Shown here one piece after another: positions 20,510 to 29,396 of a stretch of 50,182 nt of DNA. This stretch comes from a virus (lineage: Duplodnaviria; Caudoviricetes): IMG/VR virus record IMGVR_UViG_3300028908_000002, positions 1 through 50,182 of that record. The stretch is one strand, 5' to 3'. The position numbers were made by a program, and so were the translations under genes. Position 1 is the first letter of the stretch; every line of letters starts with the position of its first letter. The notes below the pieces were generated by a model. The model was not told the DNA's origin. It ran no database searches and worked only from the letters and a program-made list of their open reading frames with translations.

Positions 20510-20723
20510 GTACTTTTGATTTCCCCTTTAAGGTAAAATGATAAAACGCTTGACAATCGAGTTTTTAAAGCCTTATATATAAATAGGTATAGAATGAGCG
20601 TATTTTAACTTGATTTTTAGGTGGTAATTTGGGTTAAATGAGTGCAAAATCGGCTTCAAAATCGATTGATTTAGGGCTGAAATCTCGATATAATGAGCTA
20701 AAATTTTGATGAAAGGAATGAAA

Positions 20724-21122
20724 ATGTCATTTAAACCAGTAAAAGTTGAGCGATACGCACTCAAGGGATGGGCTAAACATCCTCGCACAGAGGAGATAGT
20801 ACAATTAGAGCGTACAGTGGCAGCACTAACCCCACCTGCCACACTTAAGAAGATGAATGCTGTAAATGCGCATAGCGCAAAGCCTATCAAACCACCTGCT
20901 GATCGTGCAGCAAACTTAGAGGCGCAGATTGACGCATATCTGCATACTGCAATAGACAAAATAGGTGTGCGTGTAGGAGAAGAAATCCCTCCTGCTGAAC
21001 TACAAAGACTCGTATCAGCACTCACACAGGTACAGGGTGCGCTGTTGAAGAAGGGTGGTACTGATGTGGACTTGTCAGCTACACGCTTAGACCACTTCAG
21101 GAGCTTACTTCGGAAATGTTAA
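20724..21122 (+). CDS. terS: Putative terminase small subunit
   Basis: Small helical protein directly upstream of terL with AAAGGA RBS; positional call only. Confidence 0.5.
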   Translation: MSFKPVKVERYALKGWAKHPRTEEIVQLERTVAALTPPATLKKMNAVNAHSAKPIKPPADRAANLEAQIDAYLHTAIDKIGVRVGEEIPPAELQRLVSALTQVQGALLKKGGTDVDLSATRLDHFRSLLRKC

Positions 21123-21138
21123 ACCGCCGTATGTAAGT

Positions 21139-22845
21139 GTGGACAGGGCTACGCTTAAAGCGTTGTTTCCATTAGCTGACTTGGACATATTCTACAGAGA
21201 GCCTTCATCTGATGTAGAATTAGCTGAACGCTACTTGCCTAACAAACTGTGGCGTATGAATGTGTTGTATAAGATTAAGAATAAGTCGGGACGAGTTGTG
21301 CGCTTTGTTCTTAACGATGCACAGTTAAAGGTGTATAAGGAGTTGTTATCGCACCCTCGTTTGATTATATTGAAGAGTAGGCAGCGTGGTATATCCACAT
21401 TCATGCTGATATGCTACTTTGACGATGCACTAATTGAGGGTGTCATTGAAGCGGGTATGATGGCACAAGGTGAGAAGGAAATGGAGAACTTGTTTGACAA
21501 GGTTAAGCTGTTATGGCGTGAGCTTGATGACAGTGTGCTCCGCTTCTTATCCTTGCACACTGTCAAGGACACTACAAAAGCCTTTGAGTGGAATAACTTG
21601 AGTAAAATGTACTTACAGTTGTCCTTTAGATCGGGTACACTACAACGCTTCCATGTATCGGAGTATGCAAAGATAAGTAAAAGGTACCCCGAAAGGGCTA
21701 AGGAGACACGATCTGGTAGCTTACAAGCCATTCTACCTACAAAGGACAACTTAGTTGTAATTGAAAGTACGGCAGAGGGTGATAATGACTTCAAGCGTAT
21801 GTGGGATGGAGCGTGTGAGCTTGATGATAAAGAGAGGTCATATAATGACTTTAAACCAGTGTTTCTGTCGTGGTTGGACGATCCTGACTGTGTACTTAGT
21901 GTACCACAGCGTGATACACCTATCAGTGAAGCCTACTTCAAGCGTATGGCTGAACGATTAAAAGCCTTATTCAATTTGGGTGATAGGTTCGCTAAACAGT
22001 TGTGCGATGCGTCGGGTAATGTCAAGGTGCTTGATGTTCAACGCTGGTGGTGGATTGCCAAGTTGCGTGAGATGGACAATGACATGGAGTTAATGTTGAG
22101 GGAGTATCCTGCATATCCAGAGGAAGCCTTCTATTTGAGTATAGAGGGTGTGTGGTATAAGGACTTGTACGAGTATCTGTACAGTAACAATAGGTTCTCG
22201 CTTGACTTTGAGCTTATGTACGATGATACTATGCCCGTTGCTGTGGCATTTGACTTAGGCGTAGACGATAACACAGTGTTGTTGTATAGTCAATATACGG
22301 ACTTTCGTATTAACATGTTAGACATATCAATAGACTCAGGGCGTGATATAGTTAGCTATTGCAAGGAGATAAAAGGTAAAGCCTTAATAGAGGGGTGGAC
22401 GATTGGGTTACTTATACTTCCACACGATGCACGGAACAGGCACATCTCTTCAAATAAGACTGTGTATGACATAGTAGTTGAACACTTCCCTGACGCTATT
22501 GTCCATGTAGTTGAGAGGGCTGGTGTTTTAGCTGATCAAATTAAAGAGGTGCGTCGAGTTGGTAAATCCTTCTATTTGAGTGAGCGGTGTGATGTTGTTA
22601 AAGGCATGTTTCAAAACTACCGTATGAAGGTTGACGCTAACGGTATGCCTACGGGCAAAGATGTACACGATGAATGGTCTCATATAGCTGATGCAGTTAG
22701 ATACCTATCTCAAGTGGTTGATAGTGGCTATTATGCTTCCGTAGCCACAACTCTACATAGTTTGAGGGTGGCGGCTATGATGTCTCATTACAGTATAGAC
22801 GAGGAGCGTGAGTACGACACTATATATGATGGCTTATCTCTTTAA
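21139..22845 (+). CDS. terL: Terminase large subunit
   Basis: Walker A ILKSRQRGIST, Walker B HVSEYA, coupling motif ESTAEG, nuclease motifs AFDLGVDD and SHIADAVRY. Confidence 0.95.
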   Translation: MDRATLKALFPLADLDIFYREPSSDVELAERYLPNKLWRMNVLYKIKNKSGRVVRFVLNDAQLKVYKELLSHPRLIILKSRQRGISTFMLICYFDDALIEGVIEAGMMAQGEKEMENLFDKVKLLWRELDDSVLRFLSLHTVKDTTKAFEWNNLSKMYLQLSFRSGTLQRFHVSEYAKISKRYPERAKETRSGSLQAILPTKDNLVVIESTAEGDNDFKRMWDGACELDDKERSYNDFKPVFLSWLDDPDCVLSVPQRDTPISEAYFKRMAERLKALFNLGDRFAKQLCDASGNVKVLDVQRWWWIAKLREMDNDMELMLREYPAYPEEAFYLSIEGVWYKDLYEYLYSNNRFSLDFELMYDDTMPVAVAFDLGVDDNTVLLYSQYTDFRINMLDISIDSGRDIVSYCKEIKGKALIEGWTIGLLILPHDARNRHISSNKTVYDIVVEHFPDAIVHVVERAGVLADQIKEVRRVGKSFYLSERCDVVKGMFQNYRMKVDANGMPTGKDVHDEWSHIADAVRYLSQVVDSGYYASVATTLHSLRVAAMMSHYSIDEEREYDTIYDGLSL

Positions 22846-22888
22846 GCTTCTATTGTAGTGTGGTACGCTCACATGAAACACTGAACAT

Positions 22889-23882
22889 GCTCCTGCTACG
22901 CAGTCGCTGATTATGTTGTGTAGAAGCAGTTACTCCGTAACTACTCCTACACAATGAAAACTTAAGCTTTGCTTAACTACAAACGCTACACTACTAAAAA
23001 TTTAAGCTTCAGTTAAGAATTAATCTAACCTTAACAAAAACGCTCCTGCTACGCAGTCGCTAATTAAGTTGTGTAGAACACTCCTGCTACGCAGAAGTGT
23101 ACTACACAATAAAAACTTAAATCTGCCTTACATAAAGGCTTTCTCTTTCTAAAATTTAAGCTTAATTTAAGTTTTAATCAAATCTTAAACCAATCTTAAA
23201 TCGTATTTTACCTCTTAACCTAATCGTTAAGAGGTAAAATACGGAGTGTACCACAGAACTTATACATTCAACATTACATCGTATGCTATGTAAACTTATT
23301 TCAAACTTAATTATTTTAACAATGAAAAGCCTCTTCGTGGGCGCAAAGCGTTACACACTCACAGTAAACGCTCCTGCTACGCAGTCGCTGATTATGTTGT
23401 GTATAAGCAGTTACTTCGTAACTACTCATACACAATGAAAACTTAATCTAACCTTAACCCATTCTACACCTAAAAATTTAAGCTTCAGTTAAGAATTAAT
23501 CTAACCTTAAACCGATCTTAAACCGTATTTTACCCCTTAACTTAAGGGTTAAGGGGTAAAATACGGAGTGTACCACAGCACTTACACACTAAATATTGCA
23601 TTGTATGCTATGTTAAACGCTCCTGCTTCGCAGTCGCTGATTAAGTTGTGTATGAGTAGTTACTTCGTAACTACTCGTACACAAGGAAAACTAAAATTAA
23701 CCTTAACCCATTCTGCTCCCAAAAATTTAAGCTTAATTTAAGCTTTAATCAAACCTTAAACCAATCTTAAATCGTATTTTACCCCTTAACCTAATCGTTA
23801 AGGGGTAAAATACGGAGTGTACCACAGCACTTACACACTAAATATTGCATTGTACAACATGTAAACTAAAATTAACCTTAAG
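22889..23882 (-). repeat. Array of four composite hairpin units (candidate ssDNA element or ncRNA array)
   Basis: GCTCCTGCTWCGCAGTCGCT starts at 22889, 23042, 23370 and 23619. 42-44 bp palindromes lie at 23202-23243, 23523-23566 and 23773-23814. Confidence 0.92.
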
Positions 23883-24464
23883 CGTTTTAGAGCTAAAAGC
23901 CTTCAGTGGGTGGTGTTAGGGCGCGAACCCCTACCCTCCTTTGCCCCACCCCCTCCCCCTCACTCCTCACGCTCCACTCTTCGCACACAATACATTAGTC
24001 CGTTGCACACACGCCATTTTCAGCCGTTGCACATCGTCGCACATGACAGGAACACGGAGTAAAGAGACGCTTTAACCATCGCACATACAGCTAAAACGAG
24101 CATATTACATCATGTTATGTTAACACGGTGTGCGGGATTTTAAGCGATTTTATAGCCTTACCCTTAAAATGACCCATTTTTTACCAGTTTTTCGCTCTCC
24201 GTTCGATTTAGAGCCATTTTTGAGCGAAATTTTTAGATTTTTGGAGTGAAAAAGTGAAATAGGTGGCAATCAAAACCAAATAAAATTAAAAATATTTAAT
24301 AATTAAAGATATTTAACTTTTACAGTGCGCATTGTAAAATAAAGCCTCGTTTATGTTTAGTGATGTGGTGTCAGGGTGTCAAAATTCGAGTGTGCCACAG
24401 ACGGAAATTGCAGGGAGTGGAGTTTTAACGGAACTCCAAAAGTGAAAAAAATCCCAATTTTGGT

Positions 24465-24885
24465 ACGGTAACTTTTACGGGTAATTTTTTATCGGGGAAA
24501 TTGTTACTCGTTTAAAAGCCTAAATTTAGGTATTATCTTATATAGTAACAATTTAACTTTAATATTTAGCATATATATATAAAAGGAAAAATATTGGTTT
24601 AAGGAAATTTTAAGTTTAAGGAAAATTTAAGTTTTAAAATTTAAGCTTTTTCCGTTTAAGTTTTATTATTATTATTATTATTATTGAAAAAAAAAGTTTG
24701 AAAAATTACTTGCTAAAAAGTTACCCGACCAAAAATTTTAAGCCCTAAATCCAGGGTTTCGGAGCGTAACAGGTAACTTTTAACCAAAAATAAAAAGTTA
24801 CGGCACCAAACCTTAAACAGTTACCGCCCCTCAAAAGCCCCAAATTTCGGGCGGTAACAAATTAAGCGTTTTGTTACCCACCCCG
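24465..24885. other. Candidate replication origin
   Basis: About ten GTAAC/GTTAC motifs in both orientations flank a very AT-rich core (~24535-24710). Confidence 0.55.
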
Positions 24886-25182
24886 AAACTTAAACGGCTT
24901 CACTGCTAAAGCAAACTCGATGCTCCGAGTGTACCACACAAATATTTTACACCCGTAAGCCCAATCGACTCAAGCGTATATAAGATGACAGACCACAAAG
25001 AAAGGCTTTTAACACGGTGTACAAAGTGATTTTTCGTTTAAGGTTTCTCCGTGTCATGCCGTTTTGAAGGGGGGTAAAATCGATACACAAAGCCAAAACA
25101 GATGTATTGTACATAAAGCGCAGGAATACACAAAGCCCTTTACCCTACTGTATCGAAGGATTTACACGGTGTACAATGCTTG

Positions 25183-25286
25183 TTTACCCTTATATACCAC
25201 AATTCTAAGCATATAATGCCGTGTTCACCCTTACATACTACAATTTTTACACTGTACGATGTCCGTTTACCCTTACATACTACAAT
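25183..25286 (+). repeat. Three 21-bp repeats TTYACCCTTAYATACYACAAT at 41-42 bp period
   Basis: Copies at 25183, 25224 and 25266; partial copy at 25139. Confidence 0.75.
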
Positions 25287-25670
25287 CAAAAGAGCATACC
25301 ACAGTTAAAATTTTGTACCACACAAATAAACCACCCAAAAACGCCAAATTTTTAACGCCAAAATTTAAAATGCACTCCAAGCACATGACATCCCACACTC
25401 ATAAGTAAACTTAATTTTACCTTGTCAAGCCAAATTGCGACATTGATTTGTATTCCTACAACGCTACATTTTAAACTAAAATTTAAGCCCATTTTATATA
25501 TTATATGTTTATACAATGCACCTTAAACACATGACATCACACAAAAATTGACAGAAAACGCAAACTTTTTAGAAAGAAGGCTTTTATTTAAGCGTGTATT
25601 AAGGTTAATTGTACTACAATACACTTATCGGTTAAGCAGACAACCGAAACCAAATAGAAAAGGATGCAGA

Positions 25671-26219
25671 ATGCAAGAGTTGAGAGAAATCGTTAAACTA
25701 TGCAAAGGGGTGGGAGTTGAACTACCCAAAGTTAGACAAGGTAAATTAAGCGGCGGCTTTGTCATCGAAAATGTTTTCGTGCAAGATGTCATAGGCGTTC
25801 AAGATGTGATGATCGCCATTTTGGCCGAGAGGTTAAAACACAAATATAATATCAGTTGGACTTTGAAGCCGTCAAACGAAATCACTGATCCAAATTTTCT
25901 TGAAGAAGGCTTATTGTCATTCACGCTACCAAGCGGCGATCACAAGACACTTGAATATGCCGTTGTCGAATGGTCAGACACACAAGATGTGTTGTCAAGC
26001 TATTGGTCAAAGGGCGGAGTTAACTCCGCTGACCCCGATTTTGTCGGGGATCAATGGGATACGCTAATTGAAGTGATATGGCAGTGTTTCAATAGCTGCC
26101 GCCCATATTTGTACGATTTAATACTTGATGAGCTTCATAGGGCGCGTAACTATGAGGTATGTAAGAAGTATAGCGCTTTGAATAATCTTGACAACGATAC
26201 AGTAGAAGAGGAGATTTAA
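25671..26219 (+). CDS. Hypothetical early protein
   Basis: AAAAGGA RBS before ATG 25671; TACAAT -10 box at 25615-25620. Confidence 0.75.
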   Translation: MQELREIVKLCKGVGVELPKVRQGKLSGGFVIENVFVQDVIGVQDVMIAILAERLKHKYNISWTLKPSNEITDPNFLEEGLLSFTLPSGDHKTLEYAVVEWSDTQDVLSSYWSKGGVNSADPDFVGDQWDTLIEVIWQCFNSCRPYLYDLILDELHRARNYEVCKKYSALNNLDNDTVEEEI

Positions 26220-26220
26220 G

Positions 26221-27156
26221 ATGTTACAGGTAAAACATGTAATAAAAGTCTTAAGGGGTTTGGATTTAGAGGTTAAAGTTACTGTTACAAAAGAAGGCTT
26301 TTACAAACTAAGGTTAAATAGCTCAGAATACATAATGAACGATACAGCTGATGTAAGAGATACGATCACCCGCGAGGGCGCGTATCTGATTAGGCTTACC
26401 CTCGATAAGACATCTTTAACCGATGATCAAATCAAGCTATTGGCAGTAGAAGGCGTTGAAGCCGCTTTTGAGGGCTACAAAGTCAAGAAGGTCAAACCCG
26501 TACAATACATTAAAAACGCCGCATTGTGGCTTGATCCCCATAAACATGAATGGGATCATGACATTGAAGTTGCAGTAGCGGCGTTTGACACCCAATTATT
26601 GTGTACATGTTCGCCGTCTGATGATAGCAATTGGACTTACATTAATGAGCGGGTTGAGGATTTTTTAGAAGACCTCTTTTACTGTTCGGCGATACCGGAT
26701 CAATATGCAATATTATCCTATAATGGTAAAGTGCTATTTTTAGCTGATAAAGAGGCTAAAACAGTTACATATAACAATGTGGATTATGTCATTCAAAAGC
26801 CGTTGTCAGAAGATGTTGCTAAGTGGGTGAACGAGAGGATTTTACACCATTTGGTCAAGATTGAGAAATATCTTAAAGTTAAAGAGGTCATTGCGATGAC
26901 CCCGCTATATCCTCTATGGGAAAAGCGATCGACCCTTCTAATCAATACACTTTTACCGTCTAACTATCTTGAAAAGGTAGTAATAGAAGACGGTGATAGG
27001 AATGAAGCTTGTAAGTATCTCATGCAAGAGTACCGCTTAATCGGTGAGAGGTTGAAGAATAGTAAGAGAGAGCTGTATGAGAAGGCTATGCTTACCATAG
27101 CACAAAAGTTCAACGATGATGTTAAATCGTTGAATGCTTATATTGACGGGCTATGA
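26221..27156 (+). CDS. Hypothetical early protein (311 aa)
   Basis: Long ORF with GAGGAG RBS; no recognised motif. Confidence 0.75.
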   Translation: MLQVKHVIKVLRGLDLEVKVTVTKEGFYKLRLNSSEYIMNDTADVRDTITREGAYLIRLTLDKTSLTDDQIKLLAVEGVEAAFEGYKVKKVKPVQYIKNAALWLDPHKHEWDHDIEVAVAAFDTQLLCTCSPSDDSNWTYINERVEDFLEDLFYCSAIPDQYAILSYNGKVLFLADKEAKTVTYNNVDYVIQKPLSEDVAKWVNERILHHLVKIEKYLKVKEVIAMTPLYPLWEKRSTLLINTLLPSNYLEKVVIEDGDRNEACKYLMQEYRLIGERLKNSKRELYEKAMLTIAQKFNDDVKSLNAYIDGL

Positions 27157-27291
27157 GAGGCTTTTTAGGGTACTATTATATAGGAAGGGTTACAGAGTAA
27201 CCGTTTCTATATGGCTATACTACTTTGTAGTATGGCTACTTTGTAGTATTCTTTAAAGGTCTTAGACCTAATTTTAAACAAAGGATCGACT

Positions 27292-27523
27292 ATGAATGAG
27301 AAAAGTAAAGAGCGATATAAAAAGCTTGAAATTCTAATGCAATGTCGATCTATTCCAGAGCTGTGATAGAGAGGCTTTATATATACAAAAAAGCTTTACT
27401 AAAGCTTTTGCAGTAGAGGGGCAACCCATTACTATAAGAAAGAGTCTTAAAGAGGCGGAGATCGAAAAGGTTAAAAGCCTGATAAATAAAGAGAGAAGGG
27501 ATTTAGCATGTACATTCCAATAG
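27292..27523 (+). pseudogene. Small gene interrupted by a +1 frameshift near 27337
   Basis: Strong AAAGGA RBS gives only a 24-aa ORF, while the +1 frame is open from 27339 to 27523. Confidence 0.4.
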
Positions 27524-27741
27524 GTATACTAATTTTGTTGTTACTTTTTATACCCGGATTTTTTGAGTTGGCATTGCTATTGGCAGGTTTAGCCGTAGTA
27601 GGCGCTATTGTAGTAGCGATCGGTGGAACTGTTTTAGGTTTCATCGTTAGCTATGGGATAGTTAAAGTAGTGGCGGTCATCGCCGTTGTAGGTACATTTA
27701 TATATGTATCTGTAACAGACTTAAAATCCCCGCCTACTTAA
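27508..27741 (+). CDS. Small very hydrophobic membrane protein
   Basis: 77 aa, almost entirely hydrophobic. Confidence 0.7.
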   Translation: MYIPIGILILLLLFIPGFFELALLLAGLAVVGAIVVAIGGTVLGFIVSYGIVKVVAVIAVVGTFIYVSVTDLKSPPT

Positions 27742-27751
27742 GGGGATTTTA
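27721..27751 (+). terminator. Hairpin / terminator
   Basis: TTAAAATCCCC ... GGGGATTTTAA, an 11-bp perfect inverted repeat at the gene end. Confidence 0.55.
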
Positions 27752-27857
27752 AGTTATATAATGGTACAATACACACATTGAAGCCTTTAAAGAGTGTCAT
27801 AGTCTGTAACACTCTTTAAAGGTTTTATACCTAAAATTTTACAAAAAGGATTTTATT

Positions 27858-28610
27858 ATGAACGGATTTCAAGGTTTTAACGGATTTGGAGCGCCACAAC
27901 CAACAATGGCGACAGAGACTCAACCTATGCCAATGCCAATGGATCAACCAATGGCGACAGAAACTCAACCAGCGCCGATGACAACAACTACAACAGGAAC
28001 AGAGAGTAAAAGAGCTAAAAGGTTGTCAAAAACTGCAATATGGAAGTTAATCAGTGAAACACAAAGTTATCAGAATGGATCAATTCCGGCTGATGTTCTG
28101 GCTGTCCTAAAAGCTCATATCGAACCGAAGTCAGGAGGATTTGAGAAGACGGAGATCGATCCTAATCACTTTGTGTGGGATTTGAACGGTGCGGAGATCG
28201 CAAGAGTCGATCACATTTTGGGAGTCTTTTTCCTAAGTTCTGATTTTAGTAAGGGCATGACCCGCACTAAGACCACTCATAATTACATCTCTCAATTTGT
28301 AAAAGAGAGGGATACAGAGCTTAGGAATAAGCAAATGGAGTTAGTAGCCGCTACATCGGAGGCTCTAAACCGCCAAGATATTCAAACGGCTATGAACTTA
28401 CAAAATGAGATCCAGAGTCTCATAGAGGAATTAAACGCACCGTCTAAAGTGAAAAGAGAGAGAGCGACAGAGGTTTTAACCGAAAAAGCAAAAAGCGGAG
28501 TACTTGCAACAGAAGCCCCGCAACTATATACCAATAGTTTAGGGGTAAATAAGCAAGAAGTTATCACAAGACTCCAAGAGGCGGGTTACACTCCCGATCC
28601 CTCTAAGTAG
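27858..28610 (+). CDS. Hypothetical protein with low-complexity N-terminus and coiled coil
   Basis: Own promoter (TGGTACAAT), RBS and downstream hairpin; GFQGFNGFG and repeated MATETQP. Confidence 0.8.
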   Translation: MNGFQGFNGFGAPQPTMATETQPMPMPMDQPMATETQPAPMTTTTTGTESKRAKRLSKTAIWKLISETQSYQNGSIPADVLAVLKAHIEPKSGGFEKTEIDPNHFVWDLNGAEIARVDHILGVFFLSSDFSKGMTRTKTTHNYISQFVKERDTELRNKQMELVAATSEALNRQDIQTAMNLQNEIQSLIEELNAPSKVKRERATEVLTEKAKSGVLATEAPQLYTNSLGVNKQEVITRLQEAGYTPDPSK

Positions 28611-28616
28611 TCTCTC

Positions 28617-28650
28617 AAAGGGTTAAGGCTTTACTGCCTTGATCCTTTTG
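28617..28650 (+). terminator. Rho-independent terminator
   Basis: AAAGGGTTAAGGC-loop-GCCTTGATCCTTTT directly after the stop. Confidence 0.6.
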
Positions 28651-28766
28651 TTATAGTGTAGCAAATTAAGCGTAATTTTACGGCACTATTGTAAGTTTTC
28701 GCCTCCTTTACTTACAATGGTGCATAGACTACACTATAACAAAAGGATCAATAAAAAGGGGTAAAT

Positions 28767-29051
28767 ATGACGCTTGAATTTATGAGAGTATTCAAGGAGT
28801 ACCAAGATCAGATCGATCGTGATCTGATTTTGTGTACTCCTAAGGCTATAAAAGAGGTAAATAAGGAGCTTACGGAGTATTATATAAAAGCCGTAAGCTC
28901 CAAGAGTGTAGCGGTTTTGTATAAAAGTTTGGTAGCGGAATACAAAAAGTATTACGCTAACAACAAATACTGTACAGAAGTACCCTTCGAGGTATTGCAG
29001 CATGAGACATTAGCGCATAAAGTGCTATTGTCCTTACATAGTGGGATTTGA
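28767..29051 (+). CDS. Hypothetical protein
   Basis: AAGGGG RBS; followed by hairpin AGTGGGAT-TTG-ATCCCACT. Confidence 0.65.
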   Translation: MTLEFMRVFKEYQDQIDRDLILCTPKAIKEVNKELTEYYIKAVSSKSVAVLYKSLVAEYKKYYANNKYCTEVPFEVLQHETLAHKVLLSLHSGI

Positions 29052-29061
29052 TCCCACTCTC

Positions 29062-29118
29062 CAATTCTACAATCACATATCAATTCTAATCTCACATATC
29101 AGTCCTAATCTCACACAT
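29062..29118. repeat. Three tandem 19-bp imperfect repeats (CAATTCTAATCTCACATAT)
   Basis: Copies at 29062, 29081 and 29100. Confidence 0.75.
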
Positions 29119-29396
29119 CAATCAATTTACACTGTTTTAATTCTATAATGATAACGATTATTACAATCAACCCAAAGCCCTATTTTAACCTATTTAACTC
29201 TTACAGTTTGAAAAGAAGGCTTTTAAGAGGGGCAAAGCTTAACTAAAAATAGATCATCTCTTAAAATGGCTCTCACGCAATATAAAAATTAAAATAGTTT
29301 AATTTTAGTTGTAAAAGCTTTGAGAATGGATTTTAAGAGATTTTAATTGTATTGTAGTATGGTAATATAAAAGAGAGTATAGCGTACGATAGCGGC

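Noticed and set aside
22889-23882. CRISPR array
   Set aside because: Sequences between the repeats are homologous to each other, spacing is 153-328 bp, and there is no cas operon.
25139-25286. Mini-CRISPR array
   Set aside because: Repeats are degenerate and non-palindromic, and the ~20-nt intervening parts resemble one another.
29285-29307. dif or attP integration site
   Set aside because: Does not match the XerCD or XerH dif consensus as I recall it, and no integrase or repressor is seen.
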